Shown here piece by piece: positions 14,026 to 48,386 of a stretch of DNA of 64,000 nt. A program made the position numbers and the translations under genes. The first letter of the stretch is position 1. Each line of letters starts with the position of its first letter. This DNA comes from Macrostomum lignano (lineage: Eukaryota). The notes under the pieces were generated by a model. That model did not search any database. It was not told where the DNA came from and was given only the letters and a program-made list of their open reading frames with translations. The DNA lies in the NCBI GenBank assembly GCA_002269645.1, contig NIVC01000070.1:310001-374000 (forward strand). The letters run 5' to 3'.

Positions 14026-15579
14026 CCAACGAATTGATGAGGAACTGATGAACTACTTACTACTATGATGGATGGCATCACTCTAATGAGCTGAATAACT
14101 AACAAATTTCAATGCTAAAAAATGAGACAATGCCGAAAGTTAAAATCAGGCACGTGAAAGTATGATTAAATTACCTTTGAAAAATATATACGAAATTAAA
14201 CCATCTTCGAGTGAAAGAAAATACGCATACAGCAAACAAAAATAGTGGCTTTCAATTGCTCTATCTTCCTCGTATTTTTCTAAAAATACACCTTTTACTT
14301 CCGATTTTGAAAAAAAACCCTTTAATCCAAACAAGCGGACGCATTAATTCAGACACTGATGCAGACGTTGTTGGAAAGCCTCTATGGTCAAAAGCCTCGC
14401 AGTGCAATTTCCGCATTACTTTTGCAGCATCTAAGAATAGTCTATGTTGCATAGTGCTTGCAGAAAATCAGTTAAGACAAATACCCATACGTCTGCATCA
14501 GTGTCTGAATTGAATTGGATTGTCTAAATAAAATGGGAGTTTGCTCAAAGTAGAAGGTAAAAAAGGTATACTGGTCTTTTACTGTATGGAAGTCGATGTT
14601 TTAAGCATGATTTCCATGAGAGGTTGCCGCTGGCATCTTTTGTGCTGATGTCTATAGTCGAATTGTCTTTTTTGTCAATGTCTATGTCTATGACTATGGG
14701 GAAGACAAAATAGACCATAGACTATTAGCTTCTGCTGCTCCCTAGCATTCGCAGCAGCAGCTGGTGTCTGTGGCTCTAACCCCCGGGGTTCTCGAGGCCT
14801 TGGAGACGGCCGCTAAATACATTTAGCGGATGCTGGTGTGACACATTTCGGTAATATATACTCAGCAACAGACAAAAGTGTTCACCCGTTTCTGTTGATG
14901 TGTTCCTTATTACCAGACTTTTCTGTACTCAAAGAACACTCAGTTCTAGCTATTGCTAGGCAACCCAGTAGTCAACTGCAGGTATTTAATTACCTTAATC
15001 CGGATTAGCAGTGTCTTCCTTTGCCTCCTGAGTAGTTCTCGTTTGTAGATCTCGTCTGTGGATCTCTCAGCTGATCTCGTAGATCAGGCGCCTTGATTCT
15101 TCAGTTGCTCTGGTCCTGGTTTTCTTGTGCTTCCGATGAACTTATTTCCGGCCGGTGTCTGCAGTCAGGACCAATCAGAGGCCTCGTGTCAACAATATGT
15201 ACCCTGCGCCGAATAGCGGTTTCTCCTTAGCCTTCTCATTCTAGTAGTGCCTCTATGCACTCTAGGTAATGCTCCGATAATCTCTAATAGATCCTCTAAG
15301 ATCTATTAGGGTAGTCCTTCGGGCGAATACTGCCAATGGAATCTCAAATGGACTCAAGAGTCTCAACAGACTCTAACACTATAACAATAATGAGTCGACT
15401 CAATAACAACTGGCGCAAATGAGCAAGGCTTACCGCAACAACTCGACCGAGTCTCGATTGACTTGGTGATCAGGAAGTCCTCCTAAGGCTTCCTCTTCGG
15501 AGCTTCTCCTATCGTCGGGAGTTGGCTCCGGTACCGCTTTGGACCTCTTGTATTTATAGACGATTTTGCAGGCCAGAAA

Positions 15580-15780
15580 TAGTAACATGATTCACATGTT
15601 ACGCTATAAGGGGTAACATGATTCATCGCGTGGTTATAAATAGTAACGTGACTCATGGTGCTGCCATGAATAGTAACATGATTCATTTTGCTGCTATAAT
15701 TAGCAACATGAATCATTCTGCTGCTATGAATAGTAACATGAATCATTCTGCTGCTATAAATAGTAACATGATTCATCGTT
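15580..15780. repeat. 30-bp minisatellite TAGTAACATGAATCATTCTGCTGCTATGAA (about 6 copies)
   Basis: Tandem units with period 30 seen directly. Confidence 0.85.
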
Positions 15781-18638
15781 AAAGTTTAGGTGCGCATGCG
15801 TGCACTTACTTACTTATAGTAGCATCCTACGATTGACTTATTTTACTTATGCGGGAGATAAAATTCTACACTGTCTCTCCCAGTTGAGTGGCAAATCGAT
15901 CCCACAGTTCGACCATCGACAAAATTCGTCTATGGGTGCATGGGCGTTGCTCAGGCAATAGCGGACGCCTGGAAAAGATGGCTTCTCCCATAAATGTCTA
16001 TGGCCCAGAGTCTCCGATTTTTCAGCGCTGTGCAAAAAGCAGATCTTTGCAAATTTCGTTTACAAAAGCTTTTTCCGTATGCATACAGGTGGATAAAGTG
16101 CATCGCGGGAAATAGCATCGTATATTTTAACGAATTAAATTTTTATCACAGAATGACGAATTGCTTAGAGTTTTTTATAGGAAGAAGATTCTGGTTTCGT
16201 TGTAATTTTCGTCACAATGACAATTTTGGCACATGGATGCCTTTTCTGCAAACATAAATTGGTGCACACCATCAAAAGAATCTGATAGAAATAAGAAATG
16301 ATTTAAAGTCTTTTGCTGAAAGTTTAATCCCGTTTGAAAATGCAATAATAATATGTTAGTATTACTTACAGTATACAAGTGGGTAAACTACGCATTTCAT
16401 TATTGTGCATGTATATTTTCGAATTTTCGACTATTATTGTATAAACTATGAGAATGTTTTTAGAATGACTTACAGTTATAATCTTCAAATACTTGCAGCT
16501 AACTCAGACAAGGGAAACTAAGCAAATTAACGCACCAAGTAAAAACCTATTGGCTCCCATGCATTGATTTGCGTCTAGTCGGATAAATCATACGAAATCT
16601 GCATTGCAGCGGTGCAGTAGTGGCCAAGCATGCGTTACTATTAAGTATTCATACATATTTATGCTTTCCAGGTTCCTTGTTCGGCCCATTTAATAAATAG
16701 CTAATGCGTGTCAAACGCTCGATACGCGTACGATATAAATAAACAACATGGACTTCATATAGTGTAAGTAAATAATGGATATGGCACGCTGGGCAAGGAA
16801 AGATATTCGAGTTTTCAGTCCAGAATTCGTGAATTCTGCAGTAAACTGATATATTCGAAGTAATTTGCATGGATTAGGCAAGTCTCGGAAAACTTATTAT
16901 CTTTCACGAAGTATCTTTCAGAGCAATCAAACATGGCTAACTACCAGGAGTCGGTGCTCACCAAAGGTCACCAGGTACACGTCTAAATTCGCTCTTCCAA
17001 AACTTTCAACAAAAACAGGCAAATAGGTTGCGGTGAATACAAATGGTGCTACACAGTAGCATATGGGTCAAGCGTCAGTTGTACGTCGCCCTATTCAGCG
17101 CTCCCTGCAGCAGGACTCTCCACCCACAAATACGCTCGTATATAGCCCGTTTCCTCAAACCCGAGTTGACCTGCTTCAGATCCAGGACCTGCTGGATCCA
17201 ACAGGTCCTTATATAGGGGCGTACACTGCGCACTCCTTTCCCGATTGTTCATGACTCACTATCTTGCCTCACCAATCATTCATCACTTAATTCCAATATT
17301 GACTCACACAAATTAGATATATAGAGCAGACAAACCCGTACAGTGGCAACCTTTTCGGCACTCAAAATCGCTACCTCCAGGTACATGTTGACACAAAAAG
17401 ACGCATGATATGACGATTTACTGCGAGCATACGAAAGACAAGCAAGGTGATATTTACCTGAATCTACTGTAAAGAGACCATTAGTTTTCAGACGCGTTGC
17501 TAACCATCTAGCTGTCTGAGAAATGCTACACTCGCATAAAATACACTCGTAGCTTCATAGGCGTGCAGACCGAGAGGGAGAGAACGATAGAGGCATGCCT
17601 GGAATTCGTCTCACACCCGGTTTATCAGCTGTTTGGTCAATAAAAAACGACCCGCCGAAAAACGACTTCTCTCGGTAGCCTCCAAAACCTCGGCAAATTA
17701 CTTACGTTCTCCCATTTGCCCCATCTTGCCCTGCTGCCCGCGAGATAGAGGCACAGTATAAAGGTACCGGATACTTTGTTCGCTAGCATACTTTTCCCCC
17801 TATACGACGTAGCTGTCCGCGCAGTCCATTGCCGCGCCATTGCGAAACTTGGCTAGCGATTGTCCGACTGCGGATGCAACACAGGCCATGGTTGACCCCC
17901 AGTCCCTGCCTTATCCAACACGGGCAACAATTTAGACATTCGAATCCTCCTCTCTCTGCATGAACCTGGCCTCCGCTTCTCTACCTGCAGCAGCGCTTGC
18001 ATCCTTGATCAACCCACGCAGTCTGTTAGCTACTGTCCGAACTGCATGGTCTCTTCCCTTTCGTCGAATTCGCTAACGGAGCTACCGAGCCCTCCATGGC
18101 GCCAGTTCACCTTCCCACTCCGTTCGCTTTGTACCAAGCCAGGTACGTCAAGAGGGGCGGGAGGTGGTCAGGAAGGTTCGAAGTGGGGCAGAGAGTTTGA
18201 GGCCTCTCTCATGCGCGCCGCTAGTTTTGGGGTAGAAAACGGTTAGAGCGTTTGCCTCGCCGGGACAGCCTACAGGGGGATTTTAGGGCACGATTCGAAA
18301 CAGTATATAAACTGAAAATTCTCCCTGCGTAAAACCTGTATTTCGGCCTCTACATTTATCTCCGTCTTTCTTACCCCAGTCGTTTTCCCTTCCCTTACCT
18401 TTTTCTAACCTCACAGCGAATCGCGCCCTAACCTCTTTCCCATTGTGGCAGACGGTTTCCCGAATCAGCGGCATCGCCCACCTAGTTTCCTGGGTTTGTC
18501 TGAATTCCTTCGGCCCTCTTTGTTTAAATCCAGCATCCTATTTAAGTGTTCCAAGACCCATACGGCTAAGCTTAGTTGAGAAAGCCTCAAAATCGCCAGC
18601 TCAACACAGTAGCCAATAGGGGTTTCCTACAGGACCCA

Positions 18639-39075
<20,437 letters not shown>

Positions 39076-39229
39076 GCAGCGGTGAAGAGTTCCAGACTAA
39101 CGGCGAGCATCGATTTGATAGAAGCAATCGGTAGTTTTTTACCATAATCCAGTCACTTTGGACTGTCCAGCTTCATCAATTTCATCGACTTTTCTGGTCT
39201 GTGCCTTTCTGCCACGCCCCGCCTCTTCA

Positions 39230-39700
39230 AAGTTATCGATTTTTTAGTCTAACAGGTTGCCCCAATTCCACCTAATCAAAATTATAGATTTTCTAGTCTA
39301 AGACATTGCCCCAACTCCCCCTCTTCAAAAATATCGATTTTATATCGATTTTCTAGCCTGACACGGTGCCCCAATTTTACCTCCTCAAAATTATCGATTT
39401 TCTATCGATTTTCTAGTCAGTCCAACACGTTGCCCCAACTCCACCTCCTCAAAATTATCGATTTTCTAGTCCAACACGTTGCCCCAACTCCACCTCCTCA
39501 AAATTATCGATTTTCTAGTCTAACACGTTGCCCCAAGTCCACCTCCTCAAAATTATCGATTTTCTATCGATTTTCTAGTCAGTCCAACACACTGCCCCAA
39601 GTCCACCTCCTCAAAATTATCAATCTTCTAACGATTTTCTAGTCTAAAACGTTGGCCCAACCTCAACTTCTTAAATTTATCGATTTTCTAGCCTGACCTC
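39230..39700. repeat. Degenerate ~50-63-bp tandem repeat (TTGCCCCAACTCCACCTCCTCAAAATTATCGATTTTCTAGTC...) just downstream of the stop codon
   Basis: About 8 units seen directly. Confidence 0.88.
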
Positions 39701-40364
39701 TTCTACCCTACCCAGTTGATGAACATATATTTTAAAAGTACATAATCGATCAAGAACTAGCAATCAGTATCGCGTCTCCACCAATCCACCCACAACCATA
39801 TTACAATACCTGTGGGTAAGCACATCTACGTGTATTGCTCATAAAAGTATAGAAACGTTTTACTTAGTATTGCACGCCATAATGTACTTTTAATCAAAAG
39901 AATTTTCAGTAGCAAATTACCCGTAGCGGTAGAAAGGGTAGTCTCTTAAGTTGTCGATTTTAACTAATTATCGTGTGCAAAACTGTACAGAACAATGCAA
40001 AACTGCATCACAATTTGCGTTATTATCTTATAAATAAATTAACCAGTTTTCAGTATTTTGGAAAGATTTGATATTACGAGTATTTCGTATTAGAGAGTTC
40101 TGAAACTCAGATAAAAGCTTCTCTGACTCCCAGTCTAAGAGTATCTTTTGTTCACACCTCTGTACTTCAGCGCCCGCCATTTCGGTATTAATATTTGTCT
40201 GACTTGGAAACCATTTTCTTAATTCAGTCACTAGCATTACTGAATACAACAGAAAAATAAATATTTGCTCCTGTATGATAATTGCCGGTACTTGTTTCTT
40301 TTTTTTCTTAGAAAATTTCTATACTTTCATAATTAGCAATTGCAAAAGAAAAATGTACGTTATT

Positions 40365-40518
40365 GTCTGTCCGTCTGTCATTCGTCTGTCTCTCTGTCTT
40401 TCTGTTTGTCTGTCTGTCTGTCTGCCTGTCTTTCTGCCTGTCTGTCTGCCTGTCTGTCTGCCTGTCTTTCTGCCTGTCTTTCTGCCTGTCTGTCTGCCTG
40501 TCTGTCTGCCTGTCTGTG

Positions 40519-40599
<81 letters not shown>

Positions 40600-40733
40600 G
40601 CCTGTCTGTGTGTCTGTCTGTCTGTCTGTCTGTCTGCCTGTCTGTCTGCCTGTCTGTGTGTCTGTCTGTCTGTCTGTCTGTCTGCCTGTCTGTCTGCCTG
40701 TCTGTCTGCCTGTCTGTGTGTCTGTCTGTCTGT
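40365..40733. repeat. (TCTG)n variant microsatellite
   Basis: TCTG/CCTG/TGTG/TTTG tetramers. Confidence 0.97.
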
Positions 40734-40736
40734 TCT

Positions 40737-43700
40737 ACTGTCTGTGTGTTTACGTGGACTTTTTGGAAGTTCAGTAGCCTCGTTAGCTGGACCAACCGGT
40801 GTAGGTAGACCACTTAGGTGGACCACCAAATAATTTTGTCTCTGGTGGGGTTAAGACGTTGATGAGGATCTCACATTAATGTCAGGCGGGTCAAGAAAGG
40901 CTTAAGCAATTTTGGGATGTCTAGCATGGTTTTTTCCAAAGTTATTCGCATTTCAGTTTAGCTGGACCTCCAGCCTGGTCTACCTAAACCGAGCGAGTCT
41001 GGTCCACGTAAACCGAAAAATTTTAGAAAATTTTTCGAAAATCGTCTGTTTGTGTCTGTTTGTGTCTGTTTGTGTCTGTTTGTGTCTGTTTGTGTATAGC
41101 AGTTATTAAGCATAGATTCAATGCAAAACTGAATTTTTTACAGATCATTACCTTACGAACAAATGGCTATGTTAACATCATATTATGACCGCCACTGGCT
41201 TTAAAACAATATGCGTTCAACATCTTTGACATTCAAGTAGGTACGCAGGTTAATTAAAAATTCTGAAACCTCGTATGCGAAATGAATTTGATACAGTAAA
41301 CTTTAAACTCCATTTAATTAGCTCAGTTCCAGCAATTCCGGTATCGTACTCTGAGCACAGACTCACAGAGTAAGACACCAACGTAAAGAAATCCAATTCG
41401 CGAACCAGATCAAACGATAAAGACTCCGAGACAAGAAAGATATTTAAGTGAAGCTTAAATAGTATTCTTCAATGACTTCTCAAGAACTCCCAGTGGTCCT
41501 TGATAGCCACACTGTGTAAATGCGAATTTCTGAGGCTCTACCATTACACAAGAAGAAAATAGCAACTTCATGAATTAAGTGCTTGCCAATTCTATCCTAA
41601 ACACTATGGGATATCCTGTTCTATCCTCCTCCAATTTTGGAAGAAGAAGATCCTAAGCTGCAGCCTTTCAAGTGCAAAGTTGAAGATGCAATTTACCTAA
41701 TTGAAAAGGACAATTCATCCATGTACATGCAAAAGATTTGATCGAGAGGACGCAATTAAGAAGGGCCTTTTAACTAGCGATCGGGTCCCTGACTCTCTAG
41801 CAAAAGGTCGACTTGATTGCGGTCCCAGTAAAACTAAGAACGCATTAACAGTCAGCCTAACACTCACTGTCTGTTTGGTCCACGTAAACACATGTGCAGG
41901 AGTATAGGGTTGGAACAGACAGACAGACAGACCTCCCTTTCTATAATTGGCTGGTTAACACTTAGGAGGATAGATCCACCCCAACAATGGGACCGACCGC
42001 AGCCAATAGGAAACCCGCAAGCGTTCTGAAGGTAAGACAGTGGAGAGAGGGATATATAATGTCTAAGCGGGTGGTCCACGTAAACCATGGCGTAGTGAGA
42101 CCAGACACATACAGTTTAAAAGAAAGTACTTATAATCCATACTATACAACTCTAAAGGATTGCAATTGTATAGATTAGAACGGTTTTTTATACTTAATAG
42201 GTCTAATGTTAATCCTTACTCCAAGTTTCATCCATATATAAATTTATTGTGCCAAAAACTGTAATCTACAACCAAAATATGATGACCCGCAAAAAAGGAC
42301 GCCAAGCCTAAAATAAAAACTAAAAAAACACCGTCGCAAAAAGCCACTGCGAAATCGAAGAAGCCGCATCGCCTGGTGAAAATCATCAGTCTGCTCGCAA
42401 ATCCGTCGACACCGAGTCCAGAAAAGTGAGTTTCGTTTGATGATCTCAAAGTAGCTAGCTGCAAGGCCTGCAACTCAATTGCTGTAGAGAAGCTGGTCCA
42501 CCTAACCTACAGACACAACTGAATCAGCTCTCTCAGTCTGTTTGAGGCTTTGGCTCTCAGAAGGTGGTCCACCTAACCTACAGACACAACTCGAACAGAT
42601 TTCTCTGTCTGTTTAAGGCTCTGGCTCTCAGAGCCGCCGAGAAAGTTTAGTGCCGAGAATGCTTCAGTTTGTTAGAATGCAATCAGAACAGATTCCTAGA
42701 AAGTGAGCTAGTCCAGCATCAAGGTAGAACATCTGGATGTGTAACGAGAGGCTCTTGGAGATTCCTGGCTCAGATTATCGCCTAGAAGTGCTTTGGAGTA
42801 GCTGGTCCACCTAACCTACAGACACAACTCGAACAGATTTCTCTGTCTGTTTGAGGCTCTGGCTCTTAGGTGGTCCACATAACCTACAGACACAACTGAA
42901 GCAGCTCTCTCAGTCTGTTTGAGGCTTTGGCTCTCAGAAGGTGGTCCACCTAACCTACAGACACAACTCGAACAGATTTCTCTGTCTGTTTAGGCTCTGG
43001 CTCTTAGAGCCGCCGAGAAAGTTTAGTGCAGAAAATGCTTCAGTTTGTTAGAATGCAATCAGAACAGATTCCTAGAAAGTGAGCTAGTCCAGCATCAAGG
43101 CAGAACATCTGGATGTGTAACGAAAGTCTCTCGGAGACTCCTGGCTCAGATTATCGCCTAGAAGTGCTGTGGAGTATCTGGTCCACCTAACCTACAGACA
43201 CAACTCGAACAGATTTCTGTCTGTTTGAGGCTCTGGCTCTCAGAGCCGCCGAGAAAGTTTAGTGCCGAGAATGCTTCAGTTTGTTAGAATGCAATCAGAA
43301 CAGATTCCTAGAAAGTGAGCTAGTCCAGCATCAAGGCAGAACATCTGGATGTGTAACGAGAGGCTCTCGGAGATTCCTGGCTCAGATTATCGCCTAGAAG
43401 TGCTTTGGAGTAGCTGGTCCACCTAACCTACAGACACAACTCGAACAGATTTCTGTCTGTTTGAGGCTCTGGATCTCAGAGCCGCCGAGAAAGTTTAGTG
43501 CCGAGAATGCTTCAGTTTGTTAGAATGCAATCAGAACAGATTCCTAGAAAGTGAGCTAGTCCAGCATCAAGGCAGAACATCTGGATGTGTAACGAGAGGC
43601 TCTCGGAGATTCCTGGCTCAGATTATCGCCTAGAAGTGCTTTGGAGTAGCTGGTCCACCTAACCTACAGACACAACTCGAACAGATTTCTCTGTCTGTTT

Positions 43701-46700
43701 GAGGCTCTGGCTCTCAGAGCCGCCGAGAAAGTTTAGTGCCGAGAATGCTTCAGTTTGTTAGAATGCAATCAGAACAGATTCCTAGAAAGTGAGCTAGTCC
43801 AGCATCAAGGTAGAACATGGATGTGTAACGAGAGGCTCTCGGAGATTCCTGGCTCAGATTATCGCCTAGAAGTGCTTTGGAGTAGCTGGTCCACCTAACC
43901 TACAGACACAACTCGAACAGATTTCTGTCTGTTTGAGGCTCTGGATCTCAGAGCCGCCGAGAAAGTTTAGTGCCGAGAATGCTTCAGTTTGTTAGAATGC
44001 AATCAGAACAGATTCCTAGAAAGTGAGCTAGTCCAGCATCAAGGTAGAACATCTGGATGTGTAACGAGAGGCTCTTGGAGATTCCTGGCTCAGATTATCG
44101 CCTAGAAGTGCTTTGGAGTAGCTGGTCCACCTAACCTACAGACACAACTCGAACAGATTTCTCTGTCTGTTTGAGGCTCTGGCTCTTAGGTGGTCCACAT
44201 AACCTACAGACACAACTGAAGCAGCTCTCTCAGTCTGTTTGAGGCTTTGGCTCTCAGAAGGTGGTCCACCTAACCTACAGACACAACTCGAACAGATTTC
44301 TCTGTCTGTTTAGGCTCTGGCTCTTAGAGCCGCCGAGAAAGTTTAGTGCAGAAAATGCTTCAGTTTGTTAGAATGCAATCAGAACAGATTTCTAGAAAGT
44401 GAGCTAGTCCAGCATCAAGGCAGAACATCTGGATGTGTAACGAGAGGCTCTCGGAGATTCCTGGCTCAGATTATCGCCTAGAAGTGCTTTGGAGTAGCTG
44501 GTCCACCTAACCTACAGACACAACTCGAACAGATTTCTGTCTGTTTGAGGCTCTGGATCTCAGAGCCGCCGAGAAAGTTTAGTGCCGAGAATGCTTCAGT
44601 TTGTTAGAATGCAATCAGAACAGATTCCTAGAAAGTGAGCTAGTCCAGCATCAAGGCAGAACATCTGGATGTGTAACGAGAGGCTCTCGGAGATTCCTGG
44701 CTCAGATTATCGCCTAGAAGTGCTTTGGAGTAGCTGGTCCACCTAACCTACAGACACAACTCGAACAGATTTCTCTGTCTGTTTGAGACTCTGGCTCTCA
44801 GAGCCGCCGAGAAAGTTTAGTGCCGAGAATGCTTCAGTTTGTTAGAATGCAATCAGAACAGATTCCTAGAAAGTGAGCTAGTCCAGCATCAAGGTAGAAC
44901 ATGGATGTGTAACGAGAGGCTCTTGGAGATTCCTGGCTCAGATTATCGCCTAGAAGTGCTGTAGAATAGCTGGTCCACCTAACCTACAGACACAACTCGA
45001 ACAGATTTGTCTGTCTGTTTGAGGCTCTGGCTCTCAGAGCCGCCGAGAAAGTTTAGTGCCGAGAATGCTTCAGTTTGTTAGAATGCAATCAGAACAGATT
45101 CCTAGAAAGTGAGCTAGTCCAGCATCAAGGCAGAACATCTGGATGTGTAACGAGAGGCTCTCGGAGATTCCTGGCTCAGATTATCGCCTAGAAGTGCTTT
45201 GGAGTAGCTGGTCCACCTAACCTACAGACACAACTCGAACAGATTTCTGTCTGTTTGAGGCTCTGGCTCTCAGAGCCGCCGAGAAAGTTTAGTGCCGAGA
45301 ATGCTTCAGTTTGTTAGAATGCAATCAGAACAGATTCCTAGAAAGTGAGCTAGTCCAGCATCAAGGCAGAACATCTGGATGTGTAACGAGAGGCTCTCGG
45401 AGATTCATGGCTTAGATTATCGCCTAGAAGTGCTTTGGAGTAGCTGGTCCACCTAACCTACAGACAACTCGAACAGATTTCTGTCTGTTTGAGGCTCTGG
45501 ATCTCAGAGCCGCCGAGAAAGTTTAGTGCCGAGAATGCTTCAGTTTGTTAGAATGCAATCAGAACAGATTCCTAGAAAGTGAGCTAGTCCAGCATCAAGG
45601 CAGAACATCTGGATGTGTAACGAGAGGCTCTCGGAGATTCCTGGCTCAGATTATCGCCTAGAAGTGCTTTGGAGTAGCTGGTCCACCTAACCTACAGACA
45701 CAACTCGAACAGATTTCTCTGTCTGTTTGAGGCTCTGGCTCTCAGAGCCGCCGAGAAAGTTTAGTGCCGAGAATGCTTCAGTTTGTTAGAATGCAATCAG
45801 AACAGATTCCTAGAAAGTGAGCTAGTCCAGCATCAAGGTAGAACATGGATGTGTAACGAGAGGCTCTTGGAGATTTCTGGCTCAGATTATCGCCTAGAAG
45901 TGCTTTGGAGTAGCTGGTCCACCTAACCTACAGACACAACTCGAACAGATTTCTCTGTCTGTTTGAGGCTCTGGCTCTTAGGTGGTCCACATAACCTACA
46001 GACACAACTGAAGCAGCTCTCTCAGTCTGTTTGAGGCTTTGGCTCTCAGAAGGTGGTCCACCTAACCTACAGACACAACTCGAACAGATTTCTCTGTCTG
46101 TTTGAGGCTCTGGCTCTTAGGTGGTCCACATAACCTATAGACACAACTGAAGCAGCTCTCTCAGTCTGTTTGAGCTTTGGCTCTCAGAAGGTGGTTCACC
46201 TCACCTACAGACACAACTCGAACAGATTTCTCTGTCTGTTTGAGGCTCTGGCTCTCAGGTGGTCCACATAACCTACAGACACAACTGGAACAGATTTCTG
46301 TGTCTGTTTGATTGTCAGTTAATTTTATTTTCTACCTTTGTAGGAGCCTGTGGTTGATTTTGTTCGCCTGAGCTCGACGAGACTGACTGCGTTTCACCGA
46401 GATGAAGGTTAAAACGAACTGTAAAAGAAGATTCAAACCACTAATTGACGAGAAATATAGAAAGGTTCATCATAGAGCTGAGCTGACGAAAGCGGATTCG
46501 ATGGCTGAGTAAGCTGAAATTCGTGAGAGAGGCAATGACAGATCAATAACAGAAGCGGTCCGGGACCACGGAGGCAGGGAAGGTCCAGGAGAATATTTCG
46601 TAGAAAAATAAGAAGATTAAGCCATCATCTGCGTGAACGAAAAGATGAAAGTCGGTAAAATGATTGGCTTATCATATGATTGCTCACCAACTCATTCAGT

Positions 46701-47375
46701 ATAATAGGACTGATGTAGTCAAATCAATTTAATTTCAGTTTTAGTAACTTTTGTCGTTATTAAAAATGCCCTTCAACTTCTTGTAGGCTCGTACTCGGAT
46801 GACCTTTTTTAACTAATGGAATCTTACGTTTGTTAACATGTATTTGAAGCATACATTTTGACCTAAATTAGTTTTAATGACTTTACAGTCATTTGATATG
46901 ATTCTGTATTTATTTTCAAAATGCTTTATTTTCATTCACCTTCTTGTATTCACGCGACGCAACTAACTAATGCGATCGTACATTTGTTTAACCCGATTAA
47001 CCCGATTAATAATGCTAAATAAATTGGTTTGAACTTGGGATATTTTCATTAAATGACGTCGTAACCCTTTTATCTGTTCTTTTTGAGAATTTCTGTTTTA
47101 ATTAGTTCAAAAGAACAGTTTAAAGCAATAAATTTTCTACAACGAAAGAGGTCTAACTAAACCAACTGTTTTTTTGCGGTCCACCTAACCCGGTCCCCAA
47201 AACGTAGTTAGTGAACCACCACAGTTTCCCCGAACTGGCTATTTCGTCAAGTTAACAAAAAGATAACCCTAGCTAGCCTTTCGCGTTGTCAAAACAGACT
47301 CTATTTTTTAACCGGAATTGCGTGGTCCACGTAACGCATTAACATAACTCAGGTCCCGCTAAACACACAGACAGT
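40737..47375. mobile_element. Putative 6.6-kb non-autonomous DNA transposon carrying an internal satellite
   Basis: 16-bp perfect inverted termini ACTGTCTGTGTGTTTA (40737) / TAAACACACAGACAGT (47375). The motif GGTCCAC[GC]TAA is inverted at the left end (about 40751, 40815) and forward at 41001, 41877, 42073, 47178, 47324 and in every satellite unit. No TSD or transposase identified. Confidence 0.55.
42493..46310. repeat. Satellite array: ~236-bp long units interspersed with ~68-70-bp short units (higher-order structure)
   Basis: Unit starts at 43413 and 43649 (period 236). Pairs of short units recur at about 42801, 44120, 45912 and 46051. Confidence 0.97.
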
Positions 47376-47384
47376 CGTAAGAGT

Positions 47385-47423
47385 GTCTGTCTGTCTGTTT
47401 GTCTGTGTGTCTGTCTGTCTGTT

Positions 47424-47468
<45 letters not shown>

Positions 47469-47587
47469 GCCTGTCTGTGTGTCTGTCTGTCTGTCTGTCT
47501 GTCTGCCTGTCTGTCTGCCTGTCTGTGTGTCTGTCTGTCTGTCTGTCTGTCTGCCTGTCTGTCTGCCTGTCTGTCTGCCTGTCTGTG

Positions 47588-47630
<43 letters not shown>

Positions 47631-47631
47631 G

Positions 47632-47688
<57 letters not shown>

Positions 47689-47735
47689 GACTATCTGTCT
47701 GTCTGTCTGTCTGTCTGGCTGTCTGTCTGCCTGTC
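47385..47735. repeat. (TCTG)n variant microsatellite
   Basis: Shares a ~170-bp variant pattern with 40561-40732. Confidence 0.97.
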
Positions 47736-48223
47736 TGTCCGGCAACATATCGTTCACTAAATGTGCACATGTAAAACGACTTTCAAAATTTGAATGCTAT
47801 TTCAGGCTGCTGATAGAGCCCCTGGTTCGATTCCGTGCGCGGTTAACTTCATTTGGGGCTCGTGTGTGCTCAGGGTCAGCTGAATGGGCAGATCGCCTCG
47901 CCGGTTGCGGGACCGATGTCGCAGAAAGGGTTGCGCCAGGGTGCATGTAGTCCAGCAAATATTTAAATGTAAAAGTGACTCACACAGTCATGAAGTACAT
48001 CTAATTTTATCTTGAATAAGCATTCGAATAAACTATTATACCAATCAAGCTGGAGTCATAAAAACATTTCGTAGATTTATTTGAGTAGAAAACCTCAAAC
48101 TGGTATACAGTTGCTATGGGCTTTAAATAATTAAACATTAATTTCATAACTATCGAAGTTATGTGACATTTTACCTGTCAAGTACGATAGCCTCTGTCCT
48201 GGTTCTATCTACTGGAAATTAAA

Positions 48224-48386
48224 ACAAACTACTAATCCGGTGAAGAAGCATAGACCAAACATCCAAATTCTTTGTGAAAAGACAATGCTGCTGCAAGTCA
48301 TTATATTAAACGAATATATCTTGTGCTACAAATTTTGAGTAATAGTCTATGGCTACTTATGTTTCTTCACCGGATTAGTAGTTTGT
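48224..48386. mobile_element. Small MITE-like inverted repeat element (163 bp)
   Basis: 24-bp perfect inverted termini ACAAACTACTAATCCGGTGAAGAA. Confidence 0.6.

Noticed and set aside
14780-15850. Possible solo LTR (minus-strand TATAAATA at about 15552), and a similar segment at 16880-17280
   Set aside because: TG...CA ends, TSD, PBS and PPT could not be identified; too weak to call.
18576-18638. TTG-initiated extension of exon 1
   Set aside because: Non-ATG start in a eukaryote, and it lies upstream of a good acceptor.
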